Position numbers and translations under genes: made by a program. DNA of 64,000 nt from Octopus sinensis (taxonomy: Eukaryota): NCBI RefSeq assembly GCF_006345805.1, contig NC_043000.1:73098001-73162000 (forward strand), written 5' to 3'. The notes beneath the pieces were generated by a model. That model had not been told where the DNA came from. It saw nothing but the letters and a program-made list of their open reading frames with translations, and did not search any database. Of the stretch, positions 36,621 to 48,266 are shown in pieces. The stretch's first letter is position 1. Each line of letters begins with the position of its first letter.

Positions 36621-37605
36621 CATATATGTGTTAATGACATGGTTTTCGAGAGTTAAGTAAACTTTTTTTATAACTATTGATTGTTAAATTTGAATCTATA
36701 ATTATTTTAGTTGTTATTGATAATTTAGATATATATATACGTAAATTTTAAGATATTAGTCACTGTGGTATATAGATCGTAAAATAGTCATACGATTTTT
36801 TAAAGATAGGTTATACATTTTTAATTTAATTTTTATTTTCAAAATTGTATTTCATAAATATATTCTATAGATATTTATCATATTTATGTAAGTAATAATG
36901 GACTAATTTATTTATTTTTGGTTATATGTTTATATATTTATTAATAGAGAAAATTTTATATTTTAGATTTTTAATTACTATATTTGTTGATTATAATTTA
37001 GATACTTATTTTTATGTATTTATTATTTTATACTTATTCAATCTGAACTTAAATCTAAAAATATTAATAGTGATTATTTTGTTAAATAATTTGGTAATTA
37101 AATATTGGAGTATAACTGAGTTTAAGATATTCAATAGTTTTTTATGTTTTTTAAAGCCAAAATATATCTTCAAAGATAAATACATATTTCTACATATTTC
37201 TATCTATTTTTTTACCTTAAAAATTAAATATTTAACATAATAAGTGTGTTGTAGGAAATAATCCTAATGTTTTAAGTTTCTAATTTAGTTAATGAAGTAT
37301 TTTTCTATAAGAAAAATTATTATTTTATTTATTTCTTAAATAAATATTGTTTAACTCTATTTGCTTATTTATTTAACTATTATCATTAACCTGAAGATTG
37401 ACTATAATTTTAAATCGAATTTATTTCAATTGAATTTAAACTTAATTGTAATTCGAATTTAATTGTAGCCATGAAACATATGTAGTTTTTTTAATTAATA
37501 TATTATATATTGATCATTCATTTTTATACTTTTTGAGATCTAGTTATAAGTTATACGTTTTATAAAAATATATATTATTTGTCATTTATGTATTGGTTTA
37601 TGTCT

Positions 37606-40600
37606 ATTGTGGTGTTGGCGGTGTTATGGGCTGTGATGAGCTATGTGGTGTTGGTGGAAAGGATGACAGATGAGGTGGACGGAAGTAAGGCTTGCAGAGG
37701 CCGGCGGAAGAGTGAAAGGCACATGTGTGGGCAGGAAGCACGTGTGGTCAGCGAGCAGAGCGACAATGTTGAATTCGTGAGAGACTACTGATTTCAACAA
37801 GGTAAGGCCTTTTGTATTTCTTTCTCCCGTTGCTTCTTTTTCTGTTGTCCTTTTCCTCCATCACGCTACAAGCTATTTCGGCTCATAAAAAAAACAAAAA
37901 AAAACGAACAATGAGTGTTGCCCATATTTCGAACGAGATGATCAAACCATTTTGCGGTGTCACAGATGTAGTCGCTTGGTTGAAGAAGGTGAAGTTGGTG
38001 GTGAAGCTCCACAAAATAAGCGACCTAGTGAGTTTTATACCACTGTACTTGGATGGTTCGGCATTGGCGCTGTATCTAGAAATGGAAGAGAGGGACCAAC
38101 TTAGCACGGAGAAAATAGAAATTCGGTTGATGGAGGCCTTTGCGGAGGGAATGTTTGAGGCATACGCTTGCCTGGGGAAAACAAAATGGACTGGGGAACA
38201 GGTTGACATATTTGCCAATGAACTTAGGAGATTGGCTAAACTGGCGGGTTATGAGGGAGAGTCACTGGACCGGACGGTTAAGTTGGCGTTTGTGACTGGC
38301 TTTCCTGACAACATGTCAGTCGAGTTGCAGAAGCTTCCAAACATTCACTCGATGGCAATGGCGGACATCATATCTTGGGCTCGCGTGCTAGTTTTGTGCT
38401 GCAGAGCAACGTCGGTAGCAGCGACTGCAACAACGCAAAGTGGCCGAGCAAGGAGCAGCGGAGAGGGGTCGAAGAAAGAACATGTGCGACCATTCAAAGG
38501 ACAGTGTCAGGGCCCGCATATGGTACGAGACTGCAAGTCACCCAAGCCTGAGGTCATTTGCTGCTGGTGTCGAGAAACGGGGCATATAGCCAGTGAATGT
38601 CTGTGAGGAAACGGTCTGAGGGAGACTAGTGCGCTGGTAGTTGTCCCTTTGGATCAATAGAGGTGCGTTTATCATCATTACCTGTAGTCGACATTCTGGT
38701 GGAGGGGAAGATGTCGCGAGCCCTTGTGGATATGGGCTGTACGACAACCCTGATGATTTCAGAAGTGGCAGAGATATGGAGTGGAGAAAGCAGTGTAAGA
38801 GCAGTCGACGGAAGAGAAGTACACTGTGAAGGCGTTACAGATGTGCAGATTGTGGTGCAGGGAATAAGACTGATGCTGCGAGCAATTGTAGTTGGCCACT
38901 TGGTGGACGAGATTGACATAGTGATGGGGATGGATGCAATCACCCATTTGGGAGGTGTCACCTTTAACGAGGCCGGTGTAATGTTCGGGTTTGCGGGGAA
39001 ACCATGTATGGCGAGACCATGCACTGGCGACAACTGTGAGGAAAAGCATGCTGCACAGGCCATTGAAGATCAGGACTTTTAGGCTGTCTTCGATGGCAGT
39101 GAAGTGGCACTGGAAGGGAGAGCCCCGACGTTAAAAAATAAAGTGGGCTGCTATCAGCATACTCTAAAAGGAGATGCCAGAAGTGAGTTCGAGGGAGAGG
39201 TGAAGTGGTGGATTAAGGAGGGCATATTGATCCCTTGGGAAAAAGAAGAGAGCAGAGTCCTGCCACTGATGGCAGTGATACAGCCCACAAAGCATAAGGT
39301 CAGGCCAGTGCTTGACTTCCAAGAGCTGAATGACCACGTATCATGTCATACAGGTGGCGAGGCCACGGATGTCTACGGAGACACCTTGTGAGAGTGGACA
39401 CAGATGACAAGGGCCTCCATGATCGTCGATTTGAAGTCAGCATACCTACAGGTGCATGTGGCTGAGAAACTGTGGAAGTATCAGCTTGTCAGGTATAAGG
39501 GCTGGACGTACTGTCTGACCAGGTTGGGGTTCGGGCTGAATTCAGCGCCAAAGATTATGGCAACAATTCTCAAGGCCATCCTGGGAAAGGTGGACAGAGT
39601 AAAAAAGGCCACTAATTTGCACATTGATGATATTCTGGTGGATGAAACCGTAATGCCAGCAATGGAGGTCATAGGCCACCTGAAGAGTTGTGGACTGATC
39701 ACCAAGCCACCAGAGGCAATGGAGGGAGGTGCTGCACTGGTCCTCAAGCTATGGAGAGACAAGGTTGGTGTTCTGGCGAGGGAACGAGATCCCCGAACTG
39801 GGCACCAGCATGAGTAGACGGGAACTGTTCTCAGTGTGTGGGAAGCTGGTGGGACACTACCCGATTGCAGGATGGCTCTGGACAGCATGTAGCTTCATCA
39901 AGAGAGCCAAAGGAGTGAAGTGAAACGATAAAGTGGGGGAGAAGACGGCTGACATGATACAGGAAGTCTTGGTCAGAGTAAGAGCAGAGGATCCAGTGAG
40001 GGGCAGTTGGTATGTTCCCAAATCAAAGAGCAGAATTGTATGGTGTGACGCCAGTAGCATCGCAATAGGGGTTGTTTTAGAAGTGGGAGGTGTCATGGTG
40101 GAAGATGCAGCCTGGCTCAGGAAGACGGATGATTGCAATCATATCAATGTGGCGGAGTTGGATGCCGTGTTGAAGGGAGTGAACCTAGCCTTGAAGTTGG
40201 GGTTGAACACTATAGAAATCAGAACTGATTCGGCCACTGTACTTGGTTGCGTAACAGCAGTCATCGCCAATGAGCGGAGGGTGCGAACCAAAAGGGCCAC
40301 AGAGATGCTAGTAAAGCGTCAATTGGGGATACTGTGTGAACTAACCACTGAGTTCAATCTGAAGCTGAGTGTGATCTTTGTGCCTTCCCAGAAGAACAGG
40401 GCAGACGTCCTGACCAGGGTAAAGCGAGCCTGGTTGCAGGTGCCAGAGGATGCGGAGCAGGCTGTGGCTGCAGTATGCCGTCTGAGTGACTCAGAGTTGC
40501 AGAGATTGCATACCATGCATCACATGGGGTTGGACAGGACATTGTTCCTAGCTAGGAAAGTTGACTCCGATGTAAAAAGACGGAGTGTGCAGAGAGTGGT

Positions 40601-41342
40601 TAGCAGCTGACAGGTGCCAGTCCATCAACCCTGCTCTGGGCGTACATGAGGCGGGAAGTATTCCAGTGGACCACAGCTGGAAACGACTGGCGGTGGACAT
40701 AACACACTACCAGCAGGGTACATACCTCTCAATGGTTGACTGCGGACCAGGGCGGTTGGCCATATGGTGGGAGATGAAGACGGGACCGCAGAGGAAATTG
40801 TGAAAGTATTGAATGAGATATTCCTGGAACAAGGCCCCGTGGATGAAATACTTCTGGATAATGGCACTGCATTTCGCCTGGAGGTGCTGAAAGAAATGCT
40901 TGATGGGTGGAAGGTCAACCGCTTCTTCAGGGTGGCATACCAGCCAAGTGGAAATGGGGTGGTGGAAAGGCATCATCATACCATCAAGACCATGGCAGAG
41001 AGGGGCCACATTTCACCAATCGAGGATGTATTTTGGTACAATATGTCGCCCAGATCAAGACAGGCTGAGGAGTCGGTGCCACACAGGGAAATATTCAGGT
41101 ACAAGTGGAGGCATCCATTTACTGCATCAATGCGACCCAGGGCAGAGGAAGAGCACGCCTTCATGCAGGTCGGCTTGCTGGGGCCGGTGGAAGAGTGAAA
41201 GGCGCATACGTGAGCACGAAACACGTGTGGTCAGTGAGCAAGTGGGGTCAGTTCCAGCACAGATGGCAGAGCGACAAGACGTGTTGAATTTGTGAGAGAC
41301 CACTGATTTCGCTGAGGTAAGGCCTTTTGTATTTCTTTCTCT
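37606..41342 (+). mobile_element. Near-complete Ty3/Gypsy LTR retrotransposon with frameshifts and stops; 3' LTR partial
   Basis: Gag 37911-38606 with CCHC (CCWCRETGHIASEC); protease RALVDMGC; RT DLKSAYLQV..LGFGLNSAP..HIDDILV; RNase H WCDASS..AELDAV..RTDS; integrase H..HH.G, SGNGVVERHH. LTR-derived sequence at ~37690-37850 recurs at ~41175-41342. The LTR start position is approximate. Confidence 0.9.
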
Positions 41343-41344
41343 GA

Positions 41345-42215
41345 AGATCATTCAACCAACTACCCACACCCTCCTCTCAACCCCAACCACATGCCTTAAC
41401 TTGTCTCATAATCAACCAACCAGCGAGGAGGGTACTGCTCCCTCTGTGACTGCTGCGGGACTTTAGGACTGACCTCAGTTCCTGGCATGTTCCTGCCGCC
41501 TTCGTCCTTTTGTCCATTACTGTTGGCTCCACCCTCCATTGCATTGATGATCCTGCGCACATCCAAAACATGTCGTGGCATGCCATCTATGGATATGTTG
41601 TTCCTTGAATTCACAGAGGTTATTGCTCCCTTTTCCCACTGTGATGTGCACCACACATTTGGGGGCTTAACCCAGATTTCTTTTCTGACCTGCACAAAGC
41701 ATGCTCTTTCTCTTCTGCAGGATGCGGCGATGCAGTACATGGATGCCTCCAATCATACTTGAATATTGCCCTGTGTGGCATTGACCTCAGCCTGTCCCAT
41801 CCTGAGTGACATATTAATACCAAAAAACAGCCTTGATTGATGAGATGTGGCTCCTCTCTGCTATGGTCTTGATGGTACAATGATGCCTCTCCACAACCCC
41901 ATTGCCACTTGGCCAGTATGTTGCCCTGAAGAAACAGCTGACATGTCACTTGTTGAGCATTTCCCCCAGCACCTCTGAGCAAAACACAGTGCCATTGTCC
42001 ACAAGCAGCTCATCCACAGGGCCTCATTCTAGAAATATCTCATACAGTATTCTTGTGATTTCCTCTCCAGTCCCTATCTTCATCTCCCTCCATATGGCCA
42101 ACCTGCCCGGTCCACAGGCGACCATCAAGAGGTATGTCCCCTGCCGGTAATGCATCATGTCCACTGCCAGTCCTTTCCAGTTGTGTTCCACTGGAATGCT
42201 TCCTGCCTCTTCACA
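41345..42215 (-). mobile_element. Second copy of the same Gypsy family (integrase, 3' region, PPT) in inverted orientation
   Basis: Reverse complement reads GSIPVEHNWKGLAVD..MVACGPGRLAIWREMK..SGNGVVERHH, ending PPRWLVDYET and a purine tract ggggttgagaggagggtg. Confidence 0.85.
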
Positions 42216-42399
42216 CCATATCTAGATGGAAGTACCTGAGCTGACCATTGTTATAGACAATTCTTTCACAACATACATAATTGGGAGTGTGAACATAGAC
42301 CACGGCTACTGACCATTTCTTCATATCATGCCAAGGCAAGATGCTAGTGATGGTCAAGGCTACAGACAGTTCTACAATGTCAATAATGGAATGGCAGCT

Positions 42400-42860
42400 A
42401 AAGCTCTGGCTACAGAGTGTTTCCCCAACATCCCACCCGACAAAAGGCATTTTGCTCAACACTCTAATGATTCTGCTAGTTTGATGCAGTGCCTGAAATT
42501 AGGGTGGGTATGGGGATCAGCCGATTACATCGAACCCAGGACTTGACTTGTACTTTGCAGATGAAAGACATGTGACCACGGCAGAATTTGAACGAAAAAC
42601 ATAAGGAGTTGGAACAAGTACCACAAAGCATTTTTTCTGACACTAATGATTTTGCCAGATTGTAATAATAATTCTTTGTACTCTAAACACACGACCTGAA
42701 ATTCTTGGGGAGAGGATAGTCGATTACATCAACCCCAGTGCTAATTTCATCAACACTGGAAGGATGAAAACCAAAAGCAATCACAGTGGAATTTGAACTC
42801 AGAAGAAATGCTGCAAGGCATTTTGCCCGGCTTCCTGACAATCCTTTGCTGCCAGCTTGC
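42400..42860. mobile_element. Two to three tandem diverged SINE copies
   Basis: Repeated cgattacatc.accccag..ct and gcagaatttgaac / ggaatttgaactcag motifs. Confidence 0.55.
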
Positions 42861-43710
42861 CAACTGTGTAAACTACTTTTTGCACACTCTGCCTGGTCAC
42901 ATCAGAATGGTGATGGTGATGGTAGAGAAAGGTGACGTTGAGATGAATGTGACGGTGGTCAAAAACATCTTGAGATGTTGCATGTTGGTGTCGTTGCGGG
43001 AACATGGCTGAGTCACTGGAACTGGCTGGTCTGTCGCTAGATGCTGTGTGGTCAATGATCGAGGACCAAAGACGCAATACGGTTTGTTGTGACTAGCTTT
43101 ATAGAGATTATTTGGCTCAAACAAAGCATTTAGAAGACTGTGTCATGGGACCTTATCCAAAGGCCATGATTGGTTGGTTTACACAATGGCATGAAATAAA
43201 ACTGCACCAAAACTAACCAATTAGGGCAGTGGATACAACCGATCCCTAGCTTCCGAAGGATGGCTGCTATCTGCCATGACATTATTTCTATGATGTCTCT
43301 CAAACAGTGAGGATATCACTGAGGTATGCTACAAACTTGACCAACATATTTAAAATTTTTGTTTCATTTCTGATCATTCTAATGTCTAAGAAAAAATACT
43401 GATCTGTATGAGTCATTTCTCAAATATTCTAGAGAATTGAAAAGATAAATTTATCTTATTTTGTCTTACTCATTCTGCCCCAGTTAAATTTGTCTTTTAT
43501 ATGCTCAAAGAGAATGGAGATAATTTTCTGAAATAGTACTTAGATTATGTTATAGTGTTTTTAGTGCTTTTAGAGAGGGTCATTTTCTTAGATGATTTAG
43601 CTTTTGTAAGTTAGTGAACATTTGTAAAAAGTATATTTTATCTCAAAGTCAAAAATGTATAAATCTTACTCATTGTGTCCCGTTCGATATGCACAACTTG
43701 TCGAAGAATG

Positions 43711-44421
43711 GGATCTTTTCCTTTTGAACGGCAGTTTTCAACACAATTTCTAGTTAACTAAACACTTTTAAACTTCGTATACTGGTAGAATGTGTTAAAT
43801 TAAAACATACTTTTCTCTTGGCTTTCTTTGGAAAATTGTAATTTGTAAGTTTAACGTAGTTTAATTTTAACCAATCAATGACCTCTTTTGAGCTAAAATC
43901 ATTTACTGCGTCTAAAACTGAGTAAACATCCTGTCACTATTATGTTTACGTTCGGAAAACGTGTGTATAAAATTATAGAATTATTTTGTTTGTTAATTGT
44001 TTAAATTATTTTCCATTGCTTTCGTTTTTTTTTTCTTAAGCAATGGAAAATAGTTTAAACAATACACGTGTATCTCAAAACAAAACGAATAATTTTAGAC
44101 ACACGCGTAACAATTAAATTAAGTTAACAATTAAGAAAAAAAAAACGAAAGGCTAGAATTTAGGGTTAGGGTTAGTGTAGGGTCAGTGACAGGATGTTGT
44201 CTCAGTTTTAGACGCAGCAAATGATTTTAGCTCAATAGAGGCAATCGATTGGTGAAAATTCGAAAAATTAAACTACGTTAAACTTACAAATTACAATTTT
44301 CTCAAGGAAACCAAGAGAAAAAAATGTTTTATTTTGACACATTCTACCAGTATACGAAGTTTTAAAGTGTTCAGTTAACTAGAAATTGTGTTGAAAACTG
44401 CCGTTCAAAAGGAAAAGATCC
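43711..44421. mobile_element. 711-bp MITE with ~215-bp TIRs and an 8-bp TSD (Merlin-like)
   Basis: GGATCTTTTCCTTTTGAACGGCAG...CTGCCGTTCAAAAGGAAAAGATCC; TSD gaagaatg at 43703-43710 and 44422-44429. Confidence 0.9.
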
Positions 44422-44959
44422 GAAGAATGTATTATTACTTTCAAACATTCAGACTTAAATTTAAATAAACATTGTCCTTGCTTTTTATTTAATCGAATTA
44501 AATAGATATTTTGATGGAAAGATTCGTCGTCATTGTTGCCACATGTCATTTATACAAGTACGGTCACCATTATATTTCGTTTCCGTTAATACAAAATAGT
44601 TATCTCTTTTAGTTGTAATTGGTGCAACCACTCATCATCATATCCATTATTTACAATGTAATTTTACCTACGTTTTTAACCTTTTTGATAGTCTACTTTT
44701 ATTTTAGCTGGTATGCTTTTCGTATTGTTTAATGAAACTCACAAGTAGACACTTCAAAAATATTAAACACATGCTCTTTACATGTTAATTTAATATAACT
44801 ACGAATACAGAAAGTTTCGTTGATGTACCACCAAAGTCTCTTACTGCTTCTCTTCCTTATTACATTTACGCCCTCTATCGGAATTCATTCAGTTCATTCA
44901 TTTTTAAAATAGGTCGACATTTAATGTGATTACTAACTGATAATAAATATTTGTAAGCT

Positions 44960-45011
44960 ATGTCAACAAAACCAAGTAGCAAGGATGCACCCCCACCTGT
45001 TCCTAAAAGAG
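44960..45011 (+). CDS. Candidate first coding exon of an unidentified plus-strand gene (MSTKPSSKDAPPPVPKR/G)
   Basis: ATG-initiated, non-repetitive frame with a PxxPxR motif ending at AGAG|GTAAAC; Inr-like TCAGTT about 70 bp upstream. No homology recognised. Confidence 0.35.
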
Positions 45012-45425
45012 GTAAACTGCTTTCAATTTTAATTGTTCTTCCAGTCACGAATAGGAAGATTTTAAAACGATGTAGTGGGTCAACCATATTCGCAGTGAAT
45101 ATCATTCCATGAATTATCTTTTCTAAAATGTATTATTCAATATTCATATTATAATTATTGCACATTTCTTGTTCATATTATATTTAGAAGGCACATTCAA
45201 CTAGGTTGCTGCAATTATAATTTGTTGCAGTACTTTCTGTAAAATTGTCCATTGATAAATTTACGATATTTATCGATCATGAATATTCAACAAGTTCTGT
45301 TTATTATTTTGTTAGTTACATCTTTTATATTGATGTTTAAATATATTTCTTCATCAGTATTTCAATGTTTTCTGTAAATATCATTTTCCAGGCGTTCAGA
45401 AACTGAAGTAAGTTGGAAGAAATGT

Positions 45426-45505
45426 GGCAAAGGTGAAGAATACGTACATCACCCGAATCGAGGTTAGGGTTACAACGGGTGGTGTGCGTATTCTTTACTT
45501 CGGCC
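45426..45505. mobile_element. 80-bp mini-MITE with ~30-bp TIRs and an 8-bp TSD (Merlin-like)
   Basis: GGCAAAGGTGAAGAATACG...CGTATTCTTTACTTCGGCC; TSD agaaatgt at 45418-45425 and 45506-45513. Confidence 0.85.
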
Positions 45506-46748
45506 AGAAATGTTTAGTCCTAGGTCCAATTATACAAACTTAGCCATGACCATCTCATCATTTATCAGACACAGTTTCTCCAAAACATTAAAATGATAGG
45601 GAGTAGATATGAAGGAAATTTTAACTTTTGCAAGTCATGGGGATAGAATATCAAGCTTAGTGAATAATAGTAAACAACAAAACTCGTTTAATTTCGGTTA
45701 ATCATATTTTTTGTTCGAATAGTAATCTTTACATAGATGTTAGTGGATTGAGAAAATGTGTAACTTAAATATAAATTGTGAGTTAAATAGGCTAAAACGT
45801 GACAATAAGCATTCGGTTTGATAGTTATATTTTGACATTAGTCAGAAATCATGTATGCCTATAATTTGAATGTTTAAAGTCTGAAACTGAAGTATAATTC
45901 GTTTATGGATTTGGTTTACAGGATTCGGTTAAACTAAAGCGTTTGACCCAAGATTATTTATGTGTGTTGAAGCATATTCTGTTGTGTCTGGGGAGAGTCA
46001 TTTTCTTTTCCGTTTTAATATTATACAGGATCTAAATGTGAAGAAGCAGAAATGTGAAAAGCGGGTAATACCGAAATTTGGCGAATAAAACCGAAATTAA
46101 GTCGCTGCAACTCTTTCATGTTTTTTTCCTCACCTCCTCAACTCTCTTTAGACCGTATGTTTTAAAGTGATATTTTATAGAAATCGTTTACGATGGTGTT
46201 GATTAGGTAATGTTAATATTTCAGACATATATTTGAAAGAAAGAAAACACTTGTTAAAAGTTATGGGAATTGGTGATAGGATAAGAGAGAGGATGTGTGT
46301 GTGCGCGGGGCGGGAAGAATAGTCCGAAATTCTTGAAAAAAAATTGTTTTTATTATTCTAAATTTTATCATCATGAACATAGAGAACCGATCTCTACAAA
46401 ATTTCATTTAAAAATATGTATATTTTTCGAAAGTTATGAGGAAATGAAGTCAGGGAGATATTTAAAAAAAAGTAGGAAGAAAGTTTTGACTGATACTGCA
46501 ATGAAAGATAAGTCAGCAAGTGTCTATAGATCTTTTCTGTTTGGCTTACACTTTTTGAAATTTTAAAATTAAGTGAAACTTTTCGAATTTCGTATACTGA
46601 TGTTATTTTTCAAAAATGTTACAGCTGTTTAAAGCTTGAGTATTTTTATCCAATCAGAAAACAGGGTTTGGATGCTGGCATTTTTTTGCGTGATAATTTT
46701 TATTAAGCAAAATGAAAGCAAAAATTAAGGTTAATGTTGACATTATTA

Positions 46749-48232
46749 CCCGGAAACGAAATCGAAAAAAAGAAAAAAAATAGTGCAACGGGTGTTAAAG
46801 AAAAGTGTAGAAAACGAATATGAAAACGAAAATGCGCGGAAAGCAACTGGGTGCGGAGAGGACTTCGGAAAATTCACAAGATCCGAGTTTGGTACTTGTC
46901 TATTGTCGTGGTCCCGGTTTCTCACACGCGAATTCGCGCGCGCACCAGACGTAGGTACTCGATACTCGAGATCCTACGAGGTGACTTGCGCATGCGCAGT
47001 GCAGAATTCGCGCATGCGCGTTAACCGCCCCCCCAAAAAAAGGTGTTGGATTTCACTAAAAATATATGTGTGTGTGTATATATAACATTTTCAATTTTAC
47101 ACAAAAAAATTACATAGTCGCTTTCCTCGCGGATTTACAGATAAATGAATTAATTACTATTTTACAGAATAAAATTAATGAATTAATTATATAAATTAAA
47201 TAATTCTTGAAAATTAATTAATATTAATAATATTTTTTGAACAAAGTAAATAATTTATAAAACTTGGTTAATAATTTTTTTTACACAAACGCGAACGTAT
47301 ATAATTTGTGAAACTTTTTTTTTTTTACAGACGTATATATTTGGTAAACTTAATGAATTAATTTCTTCTCATCATCATCATCGTTTAACGTCCGTTCTCC
47401 ATGCCAGCATGGGTTGGACGGTTCGACCGGGGATCTGGGAAGCCAGAAGGCTGCACCAGACTCCAGTCTTATCTGGCAATGTTTCTACAGCTGGATGCCC
47501 TTCCTAACGCCAACCACTCCGAGAGTGTAGTGGGTGCTTTTTACATGCCACCCGCACAGGTGCCAGGAGAGGCTGGCAACGGCCACGGTCGGATTGGTGC
47601 CAGTCGAGGCGGCTCTGGCATCGGCCACGATTCGGATAGTGCTTTTTACGTACCACCAGTCCAGGGGTCCTGGCATTTGCCGGGTGCCACACTTGCCCCA
47701 ACATGTCTTCGCAAGCAAGGGGGTTGGCGTGGGTGCCTGTCGTGGGATGAGGTTCGATATCAACTTCGCTTGCCTCAACAGGTCTTTGTGTATAAATGTA
47801 TAAATTTTTCGCACTAAATTCTTTCCGTAGAATTTATCAAAAAACGCGCAAAATTATTCCGTAGAATTATCAAATTAAAAAACGCAAAATTAATATATTT
47901 TTTGAAATTGCAAATTATTTAGAATATAAAACAAATGAAGTTAAATTTTAAAAATAAATGTCATATACTTATACTCTGTAAGGTGCTGTGTTCACACTTC
48001 AATTTACTATTTTCTAGAAATGTTGCTTTTCTAATTGAAACAATTTTTCTCAATCTCCATTTAAAAATCCATAATGCCTCTTGAGACATATCAAAATGAA
48101 CAACTTTGAATTACGCGGCGGCGGTGGTGGTGGTGGTGTGAGGTTCTAATTTTTTTTCTGATCGCTCTTTGCCCCCCTAGATGGAGGTGTGGTGGGGAGA
48201 CAGATGAAAGATGTTTCATTCTCTTATATATA

Positions 48233-48266
<34 letters not shown>

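Noticed and set aside
36630-37600. NUMT of the host's own mitochondrion
   Set aside because: No cox, cob, nad, atp or rRNA motif of molluscan type was recognised and G content appears too low; kept instead as an unexplained finding.
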